64,000 bases of DNA from an uncultured Candidatus Binatia bacterium (GTDB lineage: Bacteria; Desulfobacterota; Binatia; HRBIN30): NCBI GenBank assembly GCA_964524885.1, contig CAZGEJ010000016.1, forward strand, positions 28,629-92,628, in the 5' to 3' direction. The position numbers and the translations under genes are program-made. Below the pieces are notes generated by a model. That model ran no database searches. It saw only the letters and a list, made by a program, of their open reading frames with translations, and was not told where the DNA came from. This document shows positions 40,001 to 49,091 of this stretch, piece by piece. Position 1 is the stretch's first letter. The number at the start of each line of letters is the position of its first letter.

Positions 40001-41131
40001 CAGGGGCGCGCCGAGGCGATCGCCGACGACGGCGACGATGGGACGCACGACGTCCTGCTGGCAGCGACCGGCGTCGTCGAACATCTCCACGGTGACGTCG
40101 CCACTGCCGACGGACAACAGGGAGACGTGGGTGGGGCCGGCGATGGTCGGGGTCACCACCGGCGTCCGCACGGGCGTGGGTGTCAGCTCAGGCGTGGGCG
40201 TCACCGAGGCCGGGGTCGAGGTCGGGCCGCCGGGGGTCGGCGTACGGGTGGCGGGACGATTGCCGTCGCTATCGACCGGGATCACCAAGGCGATCTCGGA
40301 GATCAGGGCATTGCCGTCGTAGCGTCCGTTACCGACGGCATCGAAGGTGCGGTTGCCGTTGGCGTCGACGGCGAGGAAGTCGTCCTTGGCCGGATCGAAC
40401 AAGCCGTCGAGGTCCGCGTCGAGGAAGGCATCGACGTCGAGGTCGATGTACGGCTCGCCGTCGAGGGTACCGTTGTTGTTGGCATCGGCGAAGGCCTCAC
40501 CGTCGAGCTGGCCGTTGGCATTGGCATCACGGAAAGGCTCATTGGGGTCGGGCCGACCATTGCGATTGCTGTCGGTATACGCCTCGCCACCGTCGTAACG
40601 GCCATTGCCGTTTTTATCGAGGTACGACTCGCCACCATCGAAGCGACCGTTCGAGTTGAGGTCGGAATACGGCTCGTTGCCGCGTGCCAGAACGAGAATG
40701 GTGATCGGGTCACTCGGGTCGGCGGTACAGAGGGAGCGGAAGGTCACTTCGGCCGTTCCGTCGGGGCCGGTCTTCGCCTCGGCATCGATCAAACCGCGGC
40801 CGCGCTCGACATAAAACGAGACGTCGACGTCCGGCACCGGTCGTCCGCGCACATCGCCGATGATGACGGAGACGCCGGTCGTTTGGTTGAGGAGACAGAA
40901 GCCCTCGTCGGAGATGAGTTCGAGGGTAATGTCAGCGGTGCCGGCGTTGAAACTGATGCGCGACGGTTCGCCGACTTCGGGACGCGGCGTGTTTTCCGGT
41001 TCGGGATTGCCCTCGTCGTAGGCACCTCCGCAACCGGCCGACGACACGCACAGCCCCGCCAACACCGCGACCACGTAACCGAACCGCACCCCTCTGCTCC
41101 GAGATCCCATGGAACACATCCTCCCCATCAT
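34073..41131 (-). CDS. Giant (2352 aa) repeat lipoprotein/adhesin with 11 Ig-like modules bearing DxNxNG Ca-binding-type loops
   Basis: SAGC lipobox; repeated units GD..GRP..FFVE.GRG..T..DG.A...SLCP..EPITVVA..RG.EPFTDLN.NG..D.GEPFTDLP.EAFLD; P/T-rich linker and tail. Confidence 0.85.
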   Translation of the reverse strand: MMGRMCSMGSRSRGVRFGYVVAVLAGLCVSSAGCGGAYDEGNPEPENTPRPEVGEPSRISFNAGTADITLELISDEGFCLLNQTTGVSVIIGDVRGRPVPDVDVSFYVERGRGLIDAEAKTGPDGTAEVTFRSLCTADPSDPITILVLARGNEPYSDLNSNGRFDGGESYLDKNGNGRYDGGEAYTDSNRNGRPDPNEPFRDANANGQLDGEAFADANNNGTLDGEPYIDLDVDAFLDADLDGLFDPAKDDFLAVDANGNRTFDAVGNGRYDGNALISEIALVIPVDSDGNRPATRTPTPGGPTSTPASVTPTPELTPTPVRTPVVTPTIAGPTHVSLLSVGSGDVTVEMFDDAGRCQQDVVRPIVAVVGDRLGAPLADVPITFFVETGRGLLPRQAITDEDGRASVNFRSLCPANAHENITIVAAVRGVEPFTDLNSNGVFDAGEPFTDLPNEAFLDGDDDGAFDPAAGDLLLWDPNGNGAFDPNGNGVWDADVIRSAKAVLLPRSPVPLPPDFALTGISQLSFSAGTDIEFEMFTEGGACIVNAVADVVVVAGDSAGRPAAPDAPIAFFSEIGRGTIPAQARTDADGVAQVAFRSLCGSSAAAEPITVTALTRGPEPYLDLNANDRFDGGESYFDRNRNFRYDGGEPYRDLNNNGRPDAGEPFRDWNDNGRLDGDAFADANDNGVLDGEPYIDLPREAFLDADGDGRYDPFVGDRLLFDTNDNQTYDDGGNGRYDTDNVIVASVVMVPHREEDGGPAQDPLGSLPTGAAQLFVAADPGSILVVSEAGVCSPVTATISAAPTDALGRVLNPGTPVAFFVEAGRGSVQGAALVGTNGSADAQFHSLCPQDLNNPIDVAAAVVTREPFDDVNGNGRWDAGEPFTDLPSEAFLDGNGNNLYEPQLGEFLIADADGDGQYDPGSNGTYDARVVLVGKTVIVPRSAEAPPTEPLREPTDVSRLNFSAQAEDVRLNLFDEFGRCRSGVTANIVALAGDSQGNALAGVRVGFFVAPGRGVVSQSAVTTVDGVATGTIVASCPPNAAEPITVVAAVRGKEPFTDLNGNRVYDAGEPFVDLPRDAFLDVDRDGVFEPSLGDFLVWDANQNGQYDAAGNGVYDTDNILTSETLLIPFRNGMPAAGVLSTRTAVSRLGFTSFAGSSEPVGVREYELVMFGADGRCRVNVSPTQIKVLAGDLRGRPVPPETAIALFVESGRAVLAESVRTDDEGLALATFHNLCPADADQPITVVAAVRGMESFTDLNSNGVYDVGEPFLDEPIEIFLDGNDNGIFEPLAGEFLIHDANRNGLYDRGPSPTGGNGVYDADVVLADVAHVIPTDSAGQRMSDPLAPAFKRPMSIEATPDDVTMTSVSPDGTCDANASAVLTTLVTDLRDRPVNPAARVHFYVEQGRGSVAGASYTAGDGRAQVLLRNKCTANFKEPITVVAVTVGSEPYVDLNSNQRYDTGEPFTDLPNEIFLDGNDNGVYEPQSGEFLVRDLDGDGLYDAGGNGTYDANTVLSVTFRVQPIGTELVPEDAFREARGVTSMSFQLGVDDVAYEIFDAAGRCQVDVPVSLTALAGDARGRALADVPIAFFAETGRGLVGPVAATDATGRAISTLRSLCPADAMDEITVVAATRGGEPFTDSNGNGRRDTNEAFVDLPPDVFLDGNRNGVFEPNLGDYLVYDEDGDGQYDAMLNGRYDNDRVVSSQAVLIPTRFGLPEFDILTKKTSLSSLSFGAGTEVRFEMFDENRNCIVNELGDIVVLAGDFAGRPVPPETAIGIFVERGRGVVVEQVLTGPEGDGQTQLHSLCPAGNAFTEPATQPITVVAAARGSEPFADLNNNRRHDLGEPFVDYPSEVFLDSDNDGVYEPQRGDYLIHDANGNGAYDPGSNGVYDADIVVAETLLLFPWIAGDRGPAADPLDLGPLPVAQIAITAEPQRLAMFDENGACITSETTDVSATPFDTSGAALEGFAMVSFFVEPTRGGMPTSAFIGVEGEARASFRPACPQGVDHEEPITIVAAMRGVEPFTDVNRNGRFDPSEPFTDLPDDAFLDADDDGAFSPGDLLIYDADGDGTYDGTGNGRYDFDRIVTAAVVIQPIKAEEPAPRPLVDVTSVSRLQLADTSVELVDESGSCIGGVEANVSAQAGNFRGSLAPEGQVVGFFIDGRRGLISESDLTDVQGGVGATLALACDVAAPLAPFAITLATLGPEPFSDLNRNGVRDEGEPYSDLPRDAFVDLDLDGSYTAGVDELLYDADGDGQYDGANGSYDAVNVIAARARVVPRQRGGTPTPTETALPTLTATPTAEPTHTATPPPSATPTVTDTATPEPTPTALPTSTATATSTESPVETPTPDATATP

Positions 41132-42054
41132 CGGTTGGCCAGCAACGTGGCGAAGTCGGCGAAACGTAGTGCCGCAGGCCCGATGACGATTACGAACAGC
41201 GGCGGCAAGAGAAACATGGCAAGCGGGATGAGAATCTTGATCGGCAGCTTACGCGCCGTCTCTTCCGCGCGCTGCCGGCGCTTGGTGCGCAACAAGTCGG
41301 CGTGCGCACGCAGGGTCACGGCCATACTCGCGCCGAGCCGATTGCTCTGGACGATCATGGCGGTCAGCGATTTCAGGTCGTCGACGCCATTGCGCGTACC
41401 CAGAGCGTAGAGCGAATCGTCGCGTCCGCGGCCGGCGCGGAGATCCTCGGCGACGACATTGAACTCGAAGCCCAGCGGGTCGTCGAGCGATCCCCGTTCT
41501 TCTCCCACCTTGGCAATGGCCGCATTGAGTCCCAGACCCGCCTCGAGGCAGATGACCATGAGATCGAGGGCGTCCGGCAGGGCGTGAATGATGGCCGTCT
41601 TGCGGCGGTTGCTCTTTCGGCTCAGCCAGTAGTTGGTGCCGAAGTGGCCGAGACAAAAGGCGCCCAGGGTATGCCACACCGAACTACCCAAGGGTTCGCC
41701 GCTCGTGACCCGCGGCACCAGAATGGCGAGAGCCGGAGCGAAGCTGAGGAGGGTGCGCATGCCGAGAAAAAATGGCAGGGCCGTCGCACTCCTGTACCCC
41801 GCGGAGGAGAGCAGCAATCCGATCGACTGATCGTTGCGGCGAAAGGCGAATCGGCCGATGCCGCTGACGACCGCCATGAGAAAGCCGGGGGCGCCGCCAC
41901 GGGTGCCGGGCTGGTCGAACCGGACGACCTCCTCCCCCGTGGTCAACGTTCTGAGGCGGGCCGCGATCGGCGACTCGGAGGTGGTGATGTAGAACGTCAC
42001 CAGAATGAGCAGGTTGATGATGGCGAAAACCGAGGCCGTGATGATGATCGTCAT
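41128..42054 (-). CDS. tadC: Tad inner-membrane platform protein TadC (copy 1)
   Basis: LPDALDLMVICLEAGLG..R.RRQRAEE.ARKLPIKILIPL. Confidence 0.92.
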   Translation of the reverse strand: MTIIITASVFAIINLLILVTFYITTSESPIAARLRTLTTGEEVVRFDQPGTRGGAPGFLMAVVSGIGRFAFRRNDQSIGLLLSSAGYRSATALPFFLGMRTLLSFAPALAILVPRVTSGEPLGSSVWHTLGAFCLGHFGTNYWLSRKSNRRKTAIIHALPDALDLMVICLEAGLGLNAAIAKVGEERGSLDDPLGFEFNVVAEDLRAGRGRDDSLYALGTRNGVDDLKSLTAMIVQSNRLGASMAVTLRAHADLLRTKRRQRAEETARKLPIKILIPLAMFLLPPLFVIVIGPAALRFADFATLLANR

Positions 42055-42057
42055 CGG

Positions 42058-43020
42058 TCAGACCTTGATTTGAACGATACGCTGGATCACCAGGTGGCCG
42101 GTGATGATGCTCACGGCGCAGTAGGCGAGCATGTAGTGTCCTGCCGACTTCGAGAGCATCGCCTCGAAATAGCCGGGCAGGATGAAATACAACAAGACAC
42201 CGACCGCCACCGGGAGGCAACTCAGAAGAATGCCGGACAAGCGTCCTTGCGCGGTCATCGTCTCGACGTCGCGCAACAGCTTGAAGCGTTCGCGGACCGT
42301 GTGCGAGACGTTCTCCAGAACCTCGACGAGATTGCCGCCCGATTCTTGGACGACGAGTACGCCGACGATGAACATCGGCAGATTCTCGTCCGGGACGCGT
42401 TCTTGCAGACCGAGCAGGGCCTCCCGCGTCGGCAGTCCGTGACGAATCTCTTCGGCGACGGTGTCGAGTTCCTGCGCGATCGGGTCGGGGAAGTCGTCGG
42501 CGACGACCTTCAACGAGGTGAGGAAGCTATGACCAGCCTGCAACGCCGCCTTGATCAAGTCGAGAGCGTCGGGCAACTGCTCGGCGAACTTCGCGACGCG
42601 CTGCTTGCGCATGCGATTGATGATCATCATCGGCACGAACAGCCCCATGCCGCCGAACGCGGCGGCAATCACAGGGGAGTCGGTCAACAGCATGCCGGCG
42701 AGAACACCGAGTGAACCGAGTAGCGGGATGAATAGGATCACCTCGCCCACGCGTCTCCGTAGCCCCGCCTGTCGCATGAGCAGCGCCAGTCGGCGCACGA
42801 AGGAACTGCTCTCGAGGATTCGATTGAGTGCTTGGATACTGGAAAGGCGGCGATCGAGCACCACGTCGCCCGTTTCGAATTCGCTCACCACGCCCGTCTG
42901 CTTGTCGAGCCGGTCGCGCAAGGTCGCGCGGGCCTCGTCGCGTTCGCCGAGGGACGTCGATAGGGCCCACCCCATGAGCACGACGGCGACGAAGAAGCTG
43001 ATGGCGATGATCGCAAGCAC
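42058..43020 (-). CDS. tadB: Tad platform protein TadB (copy 1)
   Basis: EQLPDALDL..ALQAGHS, ESGGNL and TAQGRLSG motifs. Confidence 0.92.
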   Translation of the reverse strand: MLAIIAISFFVAVVLMGWALSTSLGERDEARATLRDRLDKQTGVVSEFETGDVVLDRRLSSIQALNRILESSSFVRRLALLMRQAGLRRRVGEVILFIPLLGSLGVLAGMLLTDSPVIAAAFGGMGLFVPMMIINRMRKQRVAKFAEQLPDALDLIKAALQAGHSFLTSLKVVADDFPDPIAQELDTVAEEIRHGLPTREALLGLQERVPDENLPMFIVGVLVVQESGGNLVEVLENVSHTVRERFKLLRDVETMTAQGRLSGILLSCLPVAVGVLLYFILPGYFEAMLSKSAGHYMLAYCAVSIITGHLVIQRIVQIKV

Positions 43021-43033
43021 GACGCCAGTCTCC

Positions 43034-44449
43034 TCAACGACGAGTCAGGTACTCGAATGCCGCAAGGTCGACTTCGTGGCTCGAAGCCTTGAGGCGACTG
43101 AGGAAGGTCGGTCGGATACCGGTCGACTTGAACTGACCGATGATCTTGCCCGACTCGCCGATGCCCTCGCGCTCGAACACGAATACGTCCTGCAATTGAA
43201 GCGAGTCGCCCTCCATGCCCACCACCTCGGTGATACTGACCGTCTTGCGTCGGCCGTCGGCGAGGCGGGCGGTCTGGACGATGATGTCGAGAGCCGAGGC
43301 GATCTGCTGGCGCATGGCGCGCATCGGCAGCGTCAGGCCGGACATCTGCAGCATCATTTCGAGGCGGCCGAGAGCGTCGCGTGGCGTATTGGCGTGCAGC
43401 GTCGAAATCGAACCGTCGTGGCCGGTGTTCATCGCTTGCAACATGTCGAGCGCCTCGGCACCGCGCACCTCGCCGACGACGATGCGGTCGGGACGCATAC
43501 GCAAGCTGTTGCGCACGAGATCGCGGGCGGTCACCTCGCCGCGCCCTTCGATGTTGGGCGGACGCGACTCGAGCCGCACCACGTGCGGCTGTTGCAATTG
43601 TAGTTCGGCGGAGTCCTCGATCGTGACGATGCGTTCGGTGCGCGGGATGAACGACGACAGGCAGTTCAACAAGGTCGTCTTGCCTGAACCGGTGCCGCCG
43701 GAAACGAGGATGTTGAGCCGGGCCGAGACCATCGCCTTGAGCACGGCGACCATGGGCTCGGTGATCGATTCGTTGCGGATGAGGTCCTCGACGCCGAGTG
43801 GTTTGGCGCCGAAACGGCGGATCGACACGGCCGGTCCGTCGAGGGCCAGCGGCGGGATGATGGCGTTGACGCGCGAGCCGTCGGGTAGGCGCGCGTCGAC
43901 CATCGGCGAGCTCTCGTCGATGCGGCGGCCGATGCTGGCGACGATGCGGTCGATGATCTGCATCAGGTGATCATCGTCGCGAAAGATCACTTGCGTCAGC
44001 TCGAGTTTACCGAAGCGCTCGACGTAGACGTTCTGGCTGCCGTTGATGAGGATGTCGGTGACGTCCGGGTCGCGCATCAACGGCTCGATCGGGCCGAGGC
44101 CGTAGACCTCCGCCTGGATTTCTTCCGCCAACACGACGCGATCGCGCTGGCTGAGCGGCGAGCGATCCTCGTTGAGCAACTGCAGGATCACCTGGCGCAC
44201 TTGGGCGCTGGCTTCCTCGCGTGCCAACTGACCCAGGTTGCTCAAATCGACCGCTTGCAACAACTCGCGGTGGATCCGCAGCTTGAGGTCCTGGCGAGCG
44301 CGATCGGCGACGCTCAAGCGGCTCCGAATGGCCATCGACTTGGCCTCGGCCGACTGCGGCGCCAGGGGTGCGGGCGGCTGTGGCGTGACCGGAGCCGCCG
44401 GTGCGGGTTTCGGTTCGCCGTCGCCTGGCCCCTTGCGGAACAGTCTCAT
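43034..44449 (-). CDS. cpaF: Tad secretion ATPase CpaF/TadA (copy 1)
   Basis: [29 protein letters not shown] and MNTGHDG motifs. Confidence 0.96.
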   Translation of the reverse strand: MRLFRKGPGDGEPKPAPAAPVTPQPPAPLAPQSAEAKSMAIRSRLSVADRARQDLKLRIHRELLQAVDLSNLGQLAREEASAQVRQVILQLLNEDRSPLSQRDRVVLAEEIQAEVYGLGPIEPLMRDPDVTDILINGSQNVYVERFGKLELTQVIFRDDDHLMQIIDRIVASIGRRIDESSPMVDARLPDGSRVNAIIPPLALDGPAVSIRRFGAKPLGVEDLIRNESITEPMVAVLKAMVSARLNILVSGGTGSGKTTLLNCLSSFIPRTERIVTIEDSAELQLQQPHVVRLESRPPNIEGRGEVTARDLVRNSLRMRPDRIVVGEVRGAEALDMLQAMNTGHDGSISTLHANTPRDALGRLEMMLQMSGLTLPMRAMRQQIASALDIIVQTARLADGRRKTVSITEVVGMEGDSLQLQDVFVFEREGIGESGKIIGQFKSTGIRPTFLSRLKASSHEVDLAAFEYLTRR

Positions 44450-45648
44450 CGATTCGCCCCTCGTCCGAAGCCGAACAATCGCTTGAGCAGCGGCGCGCCG
44501 CTGCTCTTGGCTTCCTGCCCGGTCAATTTCACCGCGAGTTCGCCGATGGCGTTGCTCAGAGCGCCATCGCGCGCCGTCAACGGTGTACCAGCGTTCATCG
44601 CCTCGCAGGCGGCGTTGAGGTCACGCGGTAGCGACAGCATCGGCTTCTTGCCGATGGCCGCCGCGGCGTCATCCTGCGAGATGCCGCTCTTGAAGAACTC
44701 GGTGGTCAGCACCTGGACGCGCTCGAGATCGATCTCGAGCCGTTGAAAGAGGTCCAGACTGCGTTGACCGGCGCGCAAACCGGGAATGGACAGATCCGTG
44801 AGCAACAAGATGTGCGTCGCCTGCTCGAAGACCGCCAGAGTGACGTCGGTCAGCGTACGCGGGGTGTCGACGAAGACGAAGCGGTGGGCACCACGCATGA
44901 GGTGGAGTCCGGCCTCGACCTGGTCGCGACCGATGCCGTCGGCGTCCTCGATGTCGTTCGGAGCCGGGAGCACCGCCACACCGCTGCTATGGCGCGTCAG
45001 GATGCCGTCGAGGAAGACGGCGTCCACCTCGGAATAGGTCTGCGCCATGGCGGCGAGCGACTGTCGCGGCGTCAAGTTGAGGAAGGCGGCGACATCACCA
45101 CGCTGCAGATCGAGATCGATGAGGCCGACGGGCTCGCTCGACAAGGTGGTCGCGCGCACCGCGAGATTGACCGCCAGGGTGGTGGCTCCGAGACCGCCGC
45201 GAGCGCCGAAGACGGTGATGACGTCTCCCTGCTGCGACGAGCCGGTGGGTTGAGTGCGCGTATGGCTGAGCCGCAGGAACGCTTTGTGCACCTCGGTCGG
45301 CACGAGCGGTAGCGACAAGAAGTCCGCGGCGCCTGCCGTCAAGGCCGAGCGCATGGTCTCGAGACTGGCATCGGCCGAGGCGGCGACGACGGTGAGATGC
45401 GGGTGTTGGTCGCGCAACTGCCGGATGCGCGCCACTCCTTCGGCAACCCGATCGGAGCCGATCTCGACGACGACCGCCACCCAACGCTGGTTCGGCAGCG
45501 CGGTGGCGACTTCGGAGTCCAGGCTGAACTGAATGTCGAAGTGGAAGGGTTCTCCCGCGGCTTGGACCTTGGCCCTGTCCGCCGCTTCGTTCGGGGTACT
45601 CACCCAAAGCAAAGGCCGGGAATTCGACTTGTCGCTTGCGCCTGCCAT
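44446..45648 (-). CDS. cpaE: CpaE/TadZ receiver-like plus MinD-like ATPase
   Basis: Degenerate receiver N-terminus, [16 protein letters not shown] and [10 protein letters not shown]. Confidence 0.88.
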   Translation of the reverse strand: MAGASDKSNSRPLLWVSTPNEAADRAKVQAAGEPFHFDIQFSLDSEVATALPNQRWVAVVVEIGSDRVAEGVARIRQLRDQHPHLTVVAASADASLETMRSALTAGAADFLSLPLVPTEVHKAFLRLSHTRTQPTGSSQQGDVITVFGARGGLGATTLAVNLAVRATTLSSEPVGLIDLDLQRGDVAAFLNLTPRQSLAAMAQTYSEVDAVFLDGILTRHSSGVAVLPAPNDIEDADGIGRDQVEAGLHLMRGAHRFVFVDTPRTLTDVTLAVFEQATHILLLTDLSIPGLRAGQRSLDLFQRLEIDLERVQVLTTEFFKSGISQDDAAAAIGKKPMLSLPRDLNAACEAMNAGTPLTARDGALSNAIGELAVKLTGQEAKSSGAPLLKRLFGFGRGANR

Positions 45649-45708
45649 AATCCTCGTTCGTCCACCCGTCGGACCTGCTGTGTTCGCTTAGACCCCTGCT
45701 CTGCCCCA

Positions 45709-46695
45709 TCACTCGACGAGTGTGATGACCCCGGTCCCGAAATAGGCGCCGCCACCACCACCGCTACCCGGGTCGGCGACGCGCCCTTGGAGTACCAAAC
45801 CCGTATCGGCGCTTGGTTCCGCGACGATATCGAACGTGGCGAATCCAGTGATCTCGCCCGTGCCGGCGCTGAAGGACTCGCACGGCACCACCGGCACTTG
45901 AATGCGCGTCACGCCCCGATTCCAAAGACAATGTTTCACGCAATTGAGCAATTCCGTCCTGAATCGGTGGGAGTTCGAGATCAGAGCGATCTGCTCCCTG
46001 ACTTGCACCGACCCTGTTCCGTCGTTGCTCCCCGCACAACGGGAGACCGGACAGTCACTCGCAAAGATTGCGACATAACTCGAAAGCGAGGACGGATCGC
46101 CACCGTAAGTCGTCCACCCGGTCTGCGGCAAGTTCCTCCCCCCTGCTCCCGAAAGCTGGGGCATGCAGGAATCGTCGTAGCAATCCTCGGGGAGTCGACA
46201 CGCACCGATGACGAGAGGAAGCGGTGGTGCCGGTATGTCGGATTCCCCCTGGACGGCCGCCACGGACCGAGCGCTGATGGCGATGGTTTGGCCCGACAAG
46301 ATCGGCGGCATCGTCTCGTTGGTGATCACCTCGACGGCGTTTTCGGGCCCGATGCCTGCCCGATAGCCGGTGGCCGGGGCGTAGTTGCCGGTGGTGATGC
46401 TGACGATGTTGGCGTCCGTAAGCGGCGACCCGCCGGCGACGGTGCTGAAGATGTTGGAGGTGACCATGGCCCGCGCTTCCAGCGTGGGCGAGTCACCCTG
46501 AAACAGCGCTTCAGCGCCGGCCAGCGCACCGGCATCGGCGGCGTTCTGCATCTCCGAGAGCACCGTGTACATCTGGCCCATGCCGACTCCCAGGCCGGCA
46601 AAGGCCAGGATCGCACCGATGGACACCGCACCGAACGGCAAGGCGAAGCCTCGCTGGTCGCGCAGGATGCTGAGCTGGGAGCGCATGGCACGCAA
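45709..46695 (-). CDS. TadG-like minor pilin
   Basis: RGF-type prepilin start and EMQNAADAGALAGA motif. Confidence 0.75.
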   Translation of the reverse strand: MRAMRSQLSILRDQRGFALPFGAVSIGAILAFAGLGVGMGQMYTVLSEMQNAADAGALAGAEALFQGDSPTLEARAMVTSNIFSTVAGGSPLTDANIVSITTGNYAPATGYRAGIGPENAVEVITNETMPPILSGQTIAISARSVAAVQGESDIPAPPLPLVIGACRLPEDCYDDSCMPQLSGAGGRNLPQTGWTTYGGDPSSLSSYVAIFASDCPVSRCAGSNDGTGSVQVREQIALISNSHRFRTELLNCVKHCLWNRGVTRIQVPVVPCESFSAGTGEITGFATFDIVAEPSADTGLVLQGRVADPGSGGGGGAYFGTGVITLVE

Positions 46696-46716
46696 CCTCC
46701 GATCCTCCGAGCGCCA

Positions 46717-48201
46717 TCAGGGAAGCGACGGCAAATCCGGGTCCGTCGCCTCGACAGGCGCATCCTTGATGACAGCCCCGTCCTCATCGGCAGCCGGGTC
46801 GGCGGCGTCATCGAGAAAACGCGGGCGCGTGTAGCCCGAACCGCGCATCGGCGTGCCAATGTCGTCGCGCGTCAGCGGCCCACGCGTGTCCGTCGGCAAG
46901 GGCACCTCGACGCCCGGCGCCATCGGCGAAACGATCGTCGGACGCACGACGACCATCAGCTCGGTATCCTGCTCGGAGTAGTTCGTCGAGCGAAAGGCGT
47001 AGCCGAGGTAAGGAATGTCCTTGAGGTAGGGAACGCCGGAGACCTCCTCTTGGATCTTGCGCTGCAGCAGACCGCCGAGGACGAGCGTTTCGCCATCGCG
47101 GAGGCGCGTCGTGGTCGACGCGCGGCGGGTGCGGAAGGTCGGAATGCCCTCGACCGTTTGGGTGAAATCCGCCTCGCTGACCTCGGGGGTCACGGTCAGA
47201 AAGATCTCACCGGAGTCGGTGACGCGCGGGATGAAGTTGACCAACGTTCCGAAAGGCTTGAACTCGATGTCGGCGACGAAGCCACTGGAGACGCGGATCG
47301 GGATTTCGCCACCCACCTGAAAGACCGCGGTCTGGCCGCTCATGGCCGTCAGCTTGGGCTGAGCCAGGACCGTGGCAAGACCTTCGGTCTGCAGGGCCTG
47401 GATGAAGGCCGCGACGTTTTCGTCGGGGAAGATCAGAGCATAGGTCGGTCCACCGTTGCCTGCCCGCAACGGCACCAGCGGGACTTGGCCGCCGTTGGGC
47501 GGCAACGGGAAGGTGACGTCCGGCGTCGGCGGCAGACCGGCGCCCATCCAGCCGGCGGCGATGAGTTCGTCGCGGGCGATGCGGAAATCGAGGCCATGCT
47601 GCTCGAGGGCGCTGCGATTGAGTTCGGCGACGGTGACTTCGAGCATCACCTGATCCGGGGTGAAATCGGCGACGATGAGCGGATGGATCACCATCTCGTC
47701 GTCTTGCCAGATGATGAGAGTCGTCTCGTGGAAGCGTGGTTCCTTGGTCAGGGTGCGGCCGAGGAACGTACCGCTGCGACCGACGCGAACGCCCGCGTTG
47801 GCGTCGTTCACGTTCTCTTCGGGCAATTCCTTGCCATTGAGAACGATGGTGTCGGGGCCGACGATGACCAGGCCGGCGATGTCAGGATTGCCGATCGATA
47901 CCCGCCGGGCGGGTCGGGGCAACCGCAGGATTTGCGACTTACCCGCCTGAACCCAGACGGTTTCGTTGGGTTGGAGGGTGTGCACCTTGGGGCTGCCTTG
48001 GCCGATGGCATGGGGATCGCGCTGGCGTTCGATCGCCGTGCGGACCGCCTCGCCCGACTGCTCGCGAAAGCTCTCGAGCTGTTCTTTGAATTGTGGACTC
48101 AGGCTGGGCTTTCCCGTCGCGCCGCACCCGGCCAGCATGACGGCACCCCCCAGAGCTACGACTCCTGTCCGCAGCGTGCGACGCAACAACCCCATCCTCA
48201 T
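46717..48201 (-). CDS. cpaC: Tad secretin CpaC/RcpA (with lipobox)
   Basis: LAGC, RVSIGNPDIA, QVMLEVTVAEL, LAQPKLTAMSGQTA.F.VGGEIP and VPYLKDIPYLG.AFR. Confidence 0.92.
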   Translation of the reverse strand: MRMGLLRRTLRTGVVALGGAVMLAGCGATGKPSLSPQFKEQLESFREQSGEAVRTAIERQRDPHAIGQGSPKVHTLQPNETVWVQAGKSQILRLPRPARRVSIGNPDIAGLVIVGPDTIVLNGKELPEENVNDANAGVRVGRSGTFLGRTLTKEPRFHETTLIIWQDDEMVIHPLIVADFTPDQVMLEVTVAELNRSALEQHGLDFRIARDELIAAGWMGAGLPPTPDVTFPLPPNGGQVPLVPLRAGNGGPTYALIFPDENVAAFIQALQTEGLATVLAQPKLTAMSGQTAVFQVGGEIPIRVSSGFVADIEFKPFGTLVNFIPRVTDSGEIFLTVTPEVSEADFTQTVEGIPTFRTRRASTTTRLRDGETLVLGGLLQRKIQEEVSGVPYLKDIPYLGYAFRSTNYSEQDTELMVVVRPTIVSPMAPGVEVPLPTDTRGPLTRDDIGTPMRGSGYTRPRFLDDAADPAADEDGAVIKDAPVEATDPDLPSLP

Positions 48202-48233
48202 CCCTTCCTTGGCTCCCGAATCAGGCCCGCACC

Positions 48234-49067
48234 CTAGTACGGTTGCCGGGTGCGTGTCTCCCCCAACAGCACTTCGACCGAGGGGCCGCGTCGCTGGGGG
48301 GCAGCCGCGGTAGGCGCGGCGGCTCTGGCCTTGGCAATGGCACCGTTCTTCTGCAGGAACAGTTTCTCGATCGACATACCCTGTGTGGTGATGTTGTCGG
48401 CGTCGCGGTAGCCACGCAACGCCAACACCACCGGCTCTTTACGAACGACGGCGAGCTTCTCGGCCTCTTCCGGGGTGATGAGCAACGTCACCGTCGGCAC
48501 TTCGACGGCGCCACCCTCTTGCTGCTCGATATGGGTTCCGGTGGCCAGAACGCGTACGTTCTGGACGATGACGCGACTGTGGTACTCGCGTTTGGTATCT
48601 CCCAGCTCGAGGCTCGCCGTAGCGACGACGTCGACGCGACTATTCGGCGTGATGAATCCACTGACGCCCGTCACCTTGTCGACCTTGACCGATACGGCGC
48701 GCATGCCGTCCTCGATCATCATCGGCAGGATACCTGCACTCTCGGTCGTCAGGTCGTTGGCATGAAAGGGCTGGTTCATGCGGATGCCGATTCGCGCCAC
48801 CTTGCCGACGACGGCCTCCGGCTGCTCGATGGCCCCCAGCGGGGCCGACTCCTTCGGCCACTTGATCAACTTGATGTGCTCCGGCTTGAGGCGCGTGCCG
48901 ATCTCGATCGGCGCCGCGGCGACCGCCACGGCCATGACGTCGCCGACGGACGAGGCGCGCGCTCGTTCCAGTTCGTCCTGCTGCCAGCGCAGATAGCGAT
49001 ACACGAAGGCGGCTCCGATGGCGGCGATGACGACCGCGAGCAAAAAGATGTTGGCTGGCCTTCTCAT
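48234..49067 (-). CDS. cpaB: Flp pilus assembly protein CpaB/RcpC (copy 1)
   Basis: SAF domain, GMRAVSVKV..GVSGFI.P..VDV and VTLL.TPEEAEKL. Confidence 0.92.
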   Translation of the reverse strand: MRRPANIFLLAVVIAAIGAAFVYRYLRWQQDELERARASSVGDVMAVAVAAAPIEIGTRLKPEHIKLIKWPKESAPLGAIEQPEAVVGKVARIGIRMNQPFHANDLTTESAGILPMMIEDGMRAVSVKVDKVTGVSGFITPNSRVDVVATASLELGDTKREYHSRVIVQNVRVLATGTHIEQQEGGAVEVPTVTLLITPEEAEKLAVVRKEPVVLALRGYRDADNITTQGMSIEKLFLQKNGAIAKARAAAPTAAAPQRRGPSVEVLLGETRTRQPY

Positions 49068-49091
49068 CGACCTCCTCGGAGCGCGCTGCGA

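Noticed and set aside
34073-41131. CRISPR-like or DGR-like repeated DNA (recurrent GTGAACGGCTCG...GTTG motifs)
   Set aside because: The repeats are degenerate, in frame and encode protein modules. There are no fixed-length spacers, cas genes or reverse transcriptase.
38426-41410. Long antisense ORFs over the giant lipoprotein and other genes (e.g. 994 aa, 750 aa, 946 aa)
   Set aside because: These are typical stop-poor shadow frames of high-GC coding DNA with no recognisable motifs, and they lie opposite well-supported genes.
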